Source: a virus
Lineage: Duplodnaviria; Caudoviricetes
IMG/VR virus record: IMGVR_UViG_3300014656_000073
Coordinates: 1 to 36,350 of that record
Direction: 5' to 3' (one strand)
DNA: 36,350 nt
The notes beneath the pieces were generated by a model. That model was not told the DNA's origin. It did no database searches and saw only the letters and a list, made by a program, of their open reading frames with translations. Shown here piece by piece: positions 26,971 to 33,478 of the stretch (its first letter is position 1; each line of letters opens with the position of its first letter). A program made the translations under genes and the position numbers.

Positions 26971-27171
26971 ATGATGTGCGAATCACAACGTTTGGAATAT
27001 TCAGAAAACTCGGCCAAGGAATCCATCGGCAATTGGCAGATCACAATAGCGTTACTGCTTGCGATCATGCTATTCGGCTGGGTGATTTTCCACGGAGCCA
27101 GCGACTCAAGTGTAAGGAGTGCCGCAAGAGAAGCAAGGACAAGTCGGTTTGTGAGCTTTGTGGATATGTAG
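26971..27171 (+). CDS. Single-TM membrane protein (66 aa)
   Basis: G-rich RBS; TM segment ITIALLLAIMLFGWVIF. Confidence 0.45.
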   Translation: MMCESQRLEYSENSAKESIGNWQITIALLLAIMLFGWVIFHGASDSSVRSAAREARTSRFVSFVDM

Positions 27172-27221
27172 GGCGCAGATTTGATAAAGTTGTTTAATGA
27201 TTAATTCAGGAGATTGCGATT

Positions 27222-27542
27222 ATGGAACATAGATGCGAATATTGCCGAGGAGGAAGTGGAGGACCATGCACATGCAAGACCGCCAACCTCAGCAATTCTG
27301 CTGTAATGCCTGGTTATGTTACATACGATGTGCAAATTAAATGCCCACACTGCGACAAAGAATTACACCTAAACCAGTATCCATATAACGATGACACGAC
27401 AGATTACGGCGACACCGATGATGTTGTTGGGATGATGCTATTCGGTGGGCCGTCAGAACCAGCAAAATGGGAGAATCTTTCCGTACCTATAAAATGTTGC
27501 GGGTGTAAAAAAGTTTTTAAACTGGGTAGTTTTCAAACATAA
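27222..27542 (+). CDS. Cys-rich hypothetical protein (106 aa) with an internal attC half-site ending at 27313-27320
   Basis: AGGAG RBS; internal GTTATGTT is complementary to terminal AACATAAC. Confidence 0.6.
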   Translation: MEHRCEYCRGGSGGPCTCKTANLSNSAVMPGYVTYDVQIKCPHCDKELHLNQYPYNDDTTDYGDTDDVVGMMLFGGPSEPAKWENLSVPIKCCGCKKVFKLGSFQT

Positions 27543-27590
27543 CAACCCAGTTCAAGAGAGCAACGCTTCTCTTGCAACGAAAAGTTAAAA
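27537..27590 (+). mobile_element. attC-like site L (54 bp)
   Basis: ACATAAC-6nt-GTTCAAGAGAG caacg CT(T)CTCTTG(C)AAC-5nt-GTTAAAA. Confidence 0.85.
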
Positions 27591-27601
27591 GGAGGAACAA
27601 T

Positions 27602-27838
27602 ATGCTAGAGATTACAAGTCCAGGGTATGAAGATTTGACAGACGAAGAAAGGTCGGATGTGTCTGACAACGGTAGTGGTAAGGAATGGGCAGGGTACATA
27701 AAAGTCACTCACAATGGAAAAACGATCCTTCTTGAATCTGACGCAATGGAGCCAGAAGATGCTTCTTTCGGGCGTGATCTAGGGTGGGTCTACGATATAA
27801 TAATGAGGGCCTACGAATTAGGTAAGAAGGATGCATAA
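27602..27838 (+). CDS. Hypothetical protein (78 aa, cassette cargo)
   Basis: AAGGAGG RBS; SDAMEPEDASFGRDL motif. Confidence 0.65.
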   Translation: MLEITSPGYEDLTDEERSDVSDNGSGKEWAGYIKVTHNGKTILLESDAMEPEDASFGRDLGWVYDIIMRAYELGKKDA

Positions 27839-27872
27839 CGCTTCTCTTGCAACGAAAAGTTAAAAGGAGGAA
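27833..27872 (+). repeat. Truncated copy of site L (site M); 36-bp direct repeat 27562-27597 = 27837-27872
   Basis: AACGCTTCTCTTGCAACGAAAAGTTAAAAGGAGGAA occurs twice. Confidence 0.85.
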
Positions 27873-27874
27873 AC

Positions 27875-28159
27875 ATGATGTTAGCAAAAGAACCTGTCTG
27901 GATAGCTGAATGTGGCAAGTGTTTTGATGTTCTTGAAATACCTCTAGTGAAAAAAGAAGATGGCCTCTGGTATGATGGAGAAGTTGACACCTTCCTTGAA
28001 GAAGAGGGTTGGAAATTCACAGATTATGAGCGTGGGGTGGTTGTTTGTGGTGGTTGCCACGAAGCAAGGCGGCAAGAGATTGAAACTGAGGACATTATCA
28101 GGGAAAACAGGGTAGAAATGCCAAGGGGTTATTCTTTTGGACAAGTTGGTTTTTATTAA
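27875..28159 (+). CDS. Hypothetical protein (94 aa)
   Basis: AAGGAGG RBS; CxxC...GW...CxxC. Confidence 0.65.
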   Translation: MMLAKEPVWIAECGKCFDVLEIPLVKKEDGLWYDGEVDTFLEEEGWKFTDYERGVVVCGGCHEARRQEIETEDIIRENRVEMPRGYSFGQVGFY

Positions 28160-28285
28160 CCTAAAACTAAGGGGTGAGCGATTATGAGTGACGCATATTG
28201 CCCAAGATGTAAGGGTAGAGATGATGATTGTTGGATGTGTAATAAGCCCGAGCCTAGCGAATCCAACTTGAGTGCTGCGTTATGC
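28154..28285 (+). mobile_element. attC-like site O (132 bp; loop carries the start and N-terminus of 28184-28426)
   Basis: TATTAAC..ACTAAG...CTT(G)AGT-5nt-GTTATGC; inner stem imperfect. Confidence 0.6.
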
Positions 28286-28426
28286 TGTAAAGACGATGCT
28301 CAATGCAAAGACTGTGAACATGCTTGGCACAATTTAGGGATTGCCTCATTAAGCGAAAATACTTGGTGCTATATGTATCTAAAGAAAATGACGTGTTGTA
28401 AAAAACATAAAAGAAAAACAGCATAA
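28184..28426 (+). CDS. Cys-rich hypothetical fusion protein (80 aa)
   Basis: Reads through the right arm of site O (PSESNLSAALC). Confidence 0.6.
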   Translation: MSDAYCPRCKGRDDDCWMCNKPEPSESNLSAALCCKDDAQCKDCEHAWHNLGIASLSENTWCYMYLKKMTCCKKHKRKTA

Positions 28427-28581
28427 CGACCAAGCTCAAGGGCAAAAGCCCAACGGGAGAAACTAGATGCCTGAATATCTGTGTGTAGAGATATGTCTAA
28501 AGGAGAAGATATGAAAACAATAGAAGAAATAGTACAAGCACACCAGCAGCGTAGCTGTCTGAGTGCAGCGCTTGGTTAGCG
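28421..28581 (+). mobile_element. attC-like site P (161 bp, partly mismatched arms; 22-aa ORF 28511-28579 in loop)
   Basis: GCATAAC GACCAA GCTCA...GTG(C)AGC GCTTG GTTAGCG; TAACGACCAAGCTCA shared with site T. Confidence 0.65.
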
Positions 28582-28609
28582 GATTTAATTAAATTAAGGA
28601 GGTTATGGT

Positions 28610-28813
28610 ATGTCTGAAATATTGCTTACACTATGTTCATTAACAATGGCACTGAGTGTATATTTTCTATTTACGGTAGTTCGATCACTCCAAGAAACAT
28701 GGATAAGGATGGAGACCTTGGTTGAAACGTATTTAGATTTTTTTATGAAAAACTTTAATTCAGAATCTGTCTCCGGTGGTATTGTAAATGATGGTTCTAA
28801 AACCCTTGAATAA
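28610..28813 (+). CDS. Single-TM membrane protein (67 aa)
   Basis: AAGGAGG upstream; N-terminal hydrophobic helix. Confidence 0.55.
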   Translation: MSEILLTLCSLTMALSVYFLFTVVRSLQETWIRMETLVETYLDFFMKNFNSESVSGGIVNDGSKTLE

Positions 28814-28943
28814 TGAGACGATGGGATTTCTACGCCAACATTTATTCTTGGATAGAACCAATAGAATTAATCTTAGAACATCTAAACCTAGAGCTTAATT
28901 ATGAACCAGCACGTGAGCCAGAAACAACCCTGAAGGAGAACAA

Positions 28944-29195
28944 ATGATTACATACAAATCATGTACAAAACCAGCATCAAGCAGAGAGGATATAATTTTC
29001 AACGGCAAGAAAATCGGTGATATGGATATTATCGATGGCAAATACCGAGCGCACATCTGGTTTGACGATGTAACAACCGACTGTTTCGGGTATGGAATTC
29101 ATAAAGAGGGGGCCATTGAAAATGCTATTCTAAAAGGTACATCAGACGCAATTACATTAATAGCAAACCTTGACGCACTTGTGGGGGAATTATGA
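28944..29195 (+). CDS. Hypothetical protein (83 aa)
   Basis: AAGGAG RBS. Confidence 0.6.
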   Translation: MITYKSCTKPASSREDIIFNGKKIGDMDIIDGKYRAHIWFDDVTTDCFGYGIHKEGAIENAILKGTSDAITLIANLDALVGEL

Positions 29196-29380
29196 GCATG
29201 TACGTTAAGCGAGGAGGAGAGGGGCACATTGACTCTGACTTTGTAGAAGTATGGGAAGTGCCAGACGGCTCTGCAATCGACCAGGAGGATGACAAGGGGC
29301 TGCTTGAGGCTTACGAAAATGGCGAGATATGCAGAGAGGATATGATTAACGAACTTGGATTCAAGGAGGAGGATTTATAG
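29192..29380 (+). CDS. Acidic hypothetical protein (62 aa)
   Basis: ATGA-coupled; Asp/Glu-rich. Confidence 0.55.
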   Translation: MSMYVKRGGEGHIDSDFVEVWEVPDGSAIDQEDDKGLLEAYENGEICREDMINELGFKEEDL

Positions 29381-30037
29381 ATGAGTGAAGCAAAAGATGA
29401 TATGGTTGATGTGCCAGCCGTGACCCTCAACATATACCAACGGATAAACGAAGTAAGAAAGAAAATATCTTATCTTAAAAAAGATGCAACGGTCACGGGG
29501 TATAAGGCGGTAACTCACGACCACGTTACGGCATCAATCCGTGACCACCTTGTTACGTTTGGAATAGTTATTGTCCCAAGGCAAACATCTTGGGAAACAG
29601 CCGACACAGGCAAAGCAACAAGCAAGGGGACACCATATACTCGATTTGAGGGAGATTATGAGTTTGATGTGGTAAATGTGGATGACCCCAAAGATATGTT
29701 TACAGGTAAAGTCCATGCCCACGCAGAAGATCAGGGTGATAAGGGGCCAGGGAAAGCAATTAGCTATGCGCTCAAGGCTTTTGAATTAAAGTTGTTCAAT
29801 ATTGAGTCCGGAGAAGATGATGAGGAACGACCAGAACAGGAGCTTGTAAAGCTAAGTGACGAGCAGATTATTACACTTCGGGAAATGTGCGAAGGATATG
29901 ATTGGCCCGTTGACGAAACACTCGAAAGGCTTGCAAAAACATACGGGCTAACAAAAATAGTTGACCTGCCAGAAACTCACTTTAAAAACTGTATTGCTAG
30001 AATGGAAGCACAATATGCTAAACAAGCAGAGAAGTAA
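29381..30037 (+). CDS. erf: ERF-family single-strand annealing protein (218 aa)
   Basis: NIYQRINEVRK...LKKD...DQGDKGPGKAISYALK..ELKLFNI (ERF signature). Confidence 0.85.
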   Translation: MSEAKDDMVDVPAVTLNIYQRINEVRKKISYLKKDATVTGYKAVTHDHVTASIRDHLVTFGIVIVPRQTSWETADTGKATSKGTPYTRFEGDYEFDVVNVDDPKDMFTGKVHAHAEDQGDKGPGKAISYALKAFELKLFNIESGEDDEERPEQELVKLSDEQIITLREMCEGYDWPVDETLERLAKTYGLTKIVDLPETHFKNCIARMEAQYAKQAEK

Positions 30038-30617
30038 TGGGTGGCACGAACAACGAAAAGCCAGAATAACAGCTAGTCGTCTTGGTGACGTTCTTGCAGG
30101 TATAAAAACAAAACGATTTAATGGATATATTCAAGATATTGTTTTGTCAATGCTCGGTGCCCCAACATTCCAAGATGATAAGCCGTGGTTTCAACATGGT
30201 GTTGATTGGGAACCAGAAGCAATAGCCCTATATGAATGGGAAACAGGAAACACTGTTGCTGAATCTGGGTTTATTGTGCATCCAGATTATGATTTTATAG
30301 GTTGCTCTCCAGACGGCATAATAACTGGCGGTGGTGTAGAGGCAAAAAGCAGGAAGTCCCTCACCGGCCACCTGAAAAGCGAAAAGGCAGGAATAGATAC
30401 AGTATACATGCCACAGGTTCAAGGGTCAATGTGGATAACGGGCTCATTGTTTTGGGACTTTATCTCATACTATAAAAACAACAACGGTAAAACGCTGTTA
30501 CACATACACAGAGTTAACCGTGATGATAAATATATTAAAAACCTTGAGGAACGATGTCTAATGTTTTGGGCTATGGTTCAAAACGAACTAAAACAAAGGA
30601 GAAGAAATGATAAATAA
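30015..30617 (+). CDS. YqaJ/lambda-exonuclease family nuclease (200 aa)
   Basis: QRS..W...R...ITAS, G...EPEA, GCSPDG, EAK and Y.PQVQG.MWITG motifs; likely ATG start at 30015. Confidence 0.9.
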   Translation: MLNKQRSNGWHEQRKARITASRLGDVLAGIKTKRFNGYIQDIVLSMLGAPTFQDDKPWFQHGVDWEPEAIALYEWETGNTVAESGFIVHPDYDFIGCSPDGIITGGGVEAKSRKSLTGHLKSEKAGIDTVYMPQVQGSMWITGSLFWDFISYYKNNNGKTLLHIHRVNRDDKYIKNLEERCLMFWAMVQNELKQRRRNDK

Positions 30618-31014
30618 AGCAATCATCATAGGCAATCTTGGCAAAGACCCTGAAGTACGTTACTCACAGACAGGTGGGGCAATAGCCTCTTTCTCTATTG
30701 CAACCACCGAAACTTGGAAGAAGCAGGATGGCACCAAAGAAGAAAAAACAGAATGGCACAAGATAGTTGCTTTCGGTAGGCTTGCAGAAATCTGCGGAGA
30801 ATATCTTTCCAAAGGAAGCAAGGTTTATCTTGAAGGCAAGATTCAAACAAGAAAGTGGGAGAATAAAGACGGTGTAACACAATACACCACAGAGATTGTG
30901 GCGCGAGAGATGAAGATGCTTACCCAAAGAAACGGAGAGGCAGGAAGCAGCGACAGGGCAAACCAAAACGAGGAGCCACCGTTCCCTGAAATGGACGATT
31001 CGGTTCCATTTTAA
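30607..31014 (+). CDS. ssb: Single-stranded DNA-binding protein (135 aa)
   Basis: NKAIIIGNLGKDPEVRY...TEWH...KGSKVYLEG; acidic tail DDSVPF. Confidence 0.97.
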   Translation: MINKAIIIGNLGKDPEVRYSQTGGAIASFSIATTETWKKQDGTKEEKTEWHKIVAFGRLAEICGEYLSKGSKVYLEGKIQTRKWENKDGVTQYTTEIVAREMKMLTQRNGEAGSSDRANQNEEPPFPEMDDSVPF

Positions 31015-31018
31015 TACC

Positions 31019-31112
31019 TTATAACGCACATAATCACCAGCGGCACCACCGAAGAAATACACGGATAGTGCCGCCACCGTTCGCTCCGTCTGCGTGAATT
31101 TAATTGTTAAGT
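31019..31112 (+). mobile_element. attC-like site Q (94 bp)
   Basis: TTATAAC-6nt-AATCACCAGCGG...CCG(T)CTG(C)GTG(A)ATT-5nt-GTTAAGT. Confidence 0.8.
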
Positions 31113-31127
31113 TTCTGGAGGTGGGTA

Positions 31128-31340
31128 ATGGCTGACATAATAGAATTTGATGATCTTGGAAACTACCGAGGGTGTTTACAAATAACTAAAGGTGATGGGA
31201 AGTTTTTTGCCCGTGTTGACTGCGACCTTAATTATGGAACGGATCATGAAACGGATTGGGAAGATATACCACAATACCTGTTTGATGCTTTGACCAAATA
31301 TGCCAATGGCGTAGATACTACTAAAATATCTGAAACTTAA
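31128..31340 (+). CDS. Hypothetical protein (70 aa, cassette cargo)
   Basis: GGAGG RBS; bounded by GTTAAGTTTC / GAAACTTAAC. Confidence 0.65.
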   Translation: MADIIEFDDLGNYRGCLQITKGDGKFFARVDCDLNYGTDHETDWEDIPQYLFDALTKYANGVDTTKISET

Positions 31341-31394
31341 CGCCAGAACTCAGCCCGCAGGCGTTAGCCTGTCGGCTGTAGTGATTTGTTAAAC
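31335..31394 (+). mobile_element. attC-like site R (60 bp)
   Basis: ACTTAAC GCCAGA ACTCAGC CCGCAGGC gtta GCCTGTCG GCTG(T)AGT GATTT GTTAAAC; same layout as the bottom strand of short aadA-type attC sites. Confidence 0.9.
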
Positions 31395-31417
31395 GAAATT
31401 GCACGAAAGGAGATAAA

Positions 31418-31741
31418 ATGCACTGGATATATGCGCACTTGATCGGAGACTATTTAATCCAAAATGACTGGATGGCGAAAGGGAAGAAAACATCCTCTTT
31501 TATTTGCTTTGTCCACACCGTGACCTACTTGTTTCCATTCCTCTTTTGCAGCCTTGAGTGGTGGCAGATTATGGCCATCGGGGCGCAACACTTCGCACAA
31601 GATAGAACTGGAGTAATTGTGTGGATGCTTAATGCAACCGGCAAAGGTGGCTTTGCAAAACCACCAATGGCCCCTTGGAGCATTATAGTAACTGACAACG
31701 TAATCCATATTTTATTTATGGCTTGGATCGTGTCCGTTTAA
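31418..31741 (+). CDS. DUF3307-family membrane protein (107 aa, cassette cargo)
   Basis: AHLIGDYLIQNDWMA..K...H...Y...HF.QDR...DNVIH. Confidence 0.75.
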   Translation: MHWIYAHLIGDYLIQNDWMAKGKKTSSFICFVHTVTYLFPFLFCSLEWWQIMAIGAQHFAQDRTGVIVWMLNATGKGGFAKPPMAPWSIIVTDNVIHILFMAWIVSV

Positions 31742-31924
31742 CGCAAAGCTAACCAGACCAATGGGAAAAGGAGAAAATTAATGGCTACTTTATGCAGAGA
31801 TTGCGCCGACACAACATGCCCACATTTTGACAGTGTGCATTTGGGCGGATTAAAATGTTTTAAAAAGAAAACAGACACCACCGAACTGCGCCACATTGGG
31901 TCTGAGTTGAGCGAATTGTTAGAA
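31736..31924 (+). mobile_element. attC-like site S (189 bp; loop carries RBS and N-terminus of 31781-32089)
   Basis: GTTTAAC..GCTAACCAGACCAATG...CATTG(G)GTCTG(A)GTT(G)AGC GAATT GTTAGAA. Confidence 0.8.
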
Positions 31925-32089
31925 CGATCTAGGTCACTACTTTCCTGGATAAATGAAAAGGCAACAAAGGCCGATAGCCTGTCAAAAAGCGTGGCCATAA
32001 GCGAGAAAGACAGATTATTCAACTTAGGTCGTGCTGTTGCCTTTGCCGAAGATTACACGCAACTTAAAGAAATTATTGATACGTTCTAA
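31781..32089 (+). CDS. Hypothetical fusion protein (102 aa): Cys-rich leader from site S plus helical cargo
   Basis: AAGGAG RBS inside site S; reads through its right arm (HIGSELSELL). Confidence 0.6.
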   Translation: MATLCRDCADTTCPHFDSVHLGGLKCFKKKTDTTELRHIGSELSELLERSRSLLSWINEKATKADSLSKSVAISEKDRLFNLGRAVAFAEDYTQLKEIIDTF

Positions 32090-32266
32090 CGACCAAGCTC
32101 ACCGGCTGGCGTAAAGGAGGAACTAAATGGCAAAAATACATAAACTTCCAGAGAAAGAAAAAATTAAGCACACCAAAGAATCACGAGCGTGGGAAAAAAT
32201 AGAAAAAAACATTGATGCCCAACAACCCAGCGAGGACGCCAGTCCGAGTGAAGCGAATTGTTCGGT
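32084..32266 (+). mobile_element. attC-like site T (183 bp; loop carries RBS and ORF start)
   Basis: TTCTAAC GACCAA GCTCACCGGCTGGCGT...ACGCCAG(T)CCG(A)GTG(A)AGC GAATT GTTCGGT. Confidence 0.8.
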
Positions 32267-32297
32267 TACAAAAGAGGATGTTGCCCTTGGGAGATAA
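32127..32297 (+). CDS. Small ORF starting inside site T (56 aa, MAKIHKLPEK...)
   Basis: Not in the track; AAGGAGG RBS; stops shortly after the GTT box. Confidence 0.5.
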   Translation: MAKIHKLPEKEKIKHTKESRAWEKIEKNIDAQQPSEDASPSEANCSVTKEDVALGR

Positions 32298-32446
32298 AAA
32301 AATACTTGTGCGTGGTTTGCGGGGAACTACACGAAGAAACTGAGCAATGCGCTAAGTGCGGTGAACGTTACTGCTCTGACTGGTGCGGTGGATGGGAAGA
32401 CCAAGAGCATACTTGCAAAAATTGTAGCAAGGTTGATGGAATCTAA
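32258..32446 (+). CDS. Cys-rich (Zn-finger-like) ORF, start uncertain
   Basis: Four CxxC-type pairs; stop lies in the TAAC of site E2; only a TTG start inside site T. Confidence 0.4.
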   Translation: MFGYKRGCCPWEIKKYLCVVCGELHEETEQCAKCGERYCSDWCGGWEDQEHTCKNCSKVDGI

Positions 32447-32563
32447 CGATTAGCTCACTGGACACAAGGGAGACGAAACTATGATTGAAATACCGGAAAC
32501 ACTGACAGAGGATAGACCAATAACCGCCGCCCCTTGTGTTCCACGTGCAGCGGCTTGTTGTGT
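32441..32563 (+). mobile_element. attC-like site E2 (123 bp, copy of E)
   Basis: 113/116 nt identical to the reverse complement of E between TAAC and GTT. Confidence 0.85.
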
Positions 32564-32747
32564 GATTGTTGAGGGGAAGTTTTATTCCGGCGGGTATACC
32601 ATCTGCGTTTGCAAAACAAAGAAAATTGCTGTGAAGAAGTGTCGGGATGATGGCTTTTCATATTGTCGTAAGGATGATTTGTGGAATGGAGAGCATCACG
32701 GGGACTCTTATTATCGCAGAATTGAGAGAGAAGATTTTTACACATAA
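32481..32747 (+). CDS. Hypothetical fusion protein (88 aa); first 26 aa encoded inside site E2
   Basis: Same leader as 23477-23755 but an unrelated C-terminal part. Confidence 0.6.
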   Translation: MIEIPETLTEDRPITAAPCVPRAAACCVIVEGKFYSGGYTICVCKTKKIAVKKCRDDGFSYCRKDDLWNGEHHGDSYYRRIEREDFYT

Positions 32748-32828
32748 CGATTTTTAATAAGTGGTGCGCCCGTGAATAACCAGCATGAGCGCAGAGGTGT
32801 TCGCATCCACTTAATTTACTGGTTATGC
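32742..32828 (+). mobile_element. attC-like site U (87 bp)
   Basis: ACATAAC..AATAAGTGGTGCG...CGCA(T)CCACTTA(A)TT TACTG GTTATGC. Confidence 0.8.
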
Positions 32829-32839
32829 GAGGATTTAAA

Positions 32840-33100
32840 ATGGAAAACGGAAATTTTGGACAAGCACTGGAAGAGATGAAATCCGGACGTAAATGCTGGC
32901 GTAAAGGGTGGAATGGTAAGGGGATTACAATTGAGCTGCAAAACCCTGACGAAAATAGCAAGATGACAAGCCCCTACATTTTTATTGATACCACCGGACT
33001 GCAAACCGACAACGATGCTGCGCCAAAAAGCTGTGTGCCTTGGCTGGCCTCCCAGACTGATATGCTTGCCGAAGATTGGTACTCTGACAGAGTATATTAA
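32840..33100 (+). CDS. DUF2829 protein (Tad2-like anti-defence nucleotide sponge family, 86 aa)
   Basis: NFGQALEEMKSG.K..RKGWNGKG...PYIFI...VPWLASQTDMLAEDW; ATG at 32840 after GAGGA. Confidence 0.85.
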   Translation: MENGNFGQALEEMKSGRKCWRKGWNGKGITIELQNPDENSKMTSPYIFIDTTGLQTDNDAAPKSCVPWLASQTDMLAEDWYSDRVY

Positions 33101-33129
33101 CTGCCTAAAATGCGCCGCCTACATGGGGC

Positions 33130-33319
33130 GCATAACGCCAGAATTGAGGAGCCTTGGGCTTAAAGGAGAAAGTAGATGAGAACATGTAGGGGGTGTGTGA
33201 ATATACCGAACTTTTGCATTGGCGAGAAAGATGGTGGAGCCGAGAAGGATTGTTATGTGGGACTTACCGAAGCCACCGCACAACCAAGCCCAAGGTCTGT
33301 CTCAGATGCTTTGATATGT
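33130..33319 (+). mobile_element. attC-like site V (190 bp; GTT box reads GAT; loop carries RBS and N-terminus of 33176-33478)
   Basis: GCATAAC GCCAGA ATTGAG..GCCTTGGGCTT...AAGCCCAAGG(T)C..CTCA(G)AT GCTTT GATATGT. Confidence 0.7.
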
Positions 33320-33478
33320 GATGTGGAGGTGGGAAGCGAGGAAACACTTTCGGGATGGAAGCAACCTTATGTTTCCTTGAGAATTGGCAACTTTGAGTTT
33401 AAGAGACTTTACCAGACTAAAAACGGTGCTGAGAGATGTGTGGCTAAAGTTAAAGAGCTTTTAACTGCCAGCACATAA
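33176..33478 (+). CDS. Hypothetical fusion protein (100 aa)
   Basis: AAGGAG RBS in site V; ends in CACATAAC. Confidence 0.6.
   Translation: MRTCRGCVNIPNFCIGEKDGGAEKDCYVGLTEATAQPSPRSVSDALICDVEVGSEETLSGWKQPYVSLRIGNFEFKRLYQTKNGAERCVAKVKELLTAST

Noticed and set aside
23673-32563. E/E2 as terminal inverted repeats of a transposon or invertible segment
   Set aside because: No transposase or invertase and no target duplication seen; opposite orientation simply follows the divergent operons. Homologous inversion between the copies remains possible.
19483-33319. Interpreting the intergenic hairpins as CRISPR repeats, REP elements or Rho-independent terminators
   Set aside because: They have no constant repeat with regular spacers and no U tails. 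Sequences are diverse, but the TAAC/GTT boxes, spacer lengths and bulged bases are conserved.
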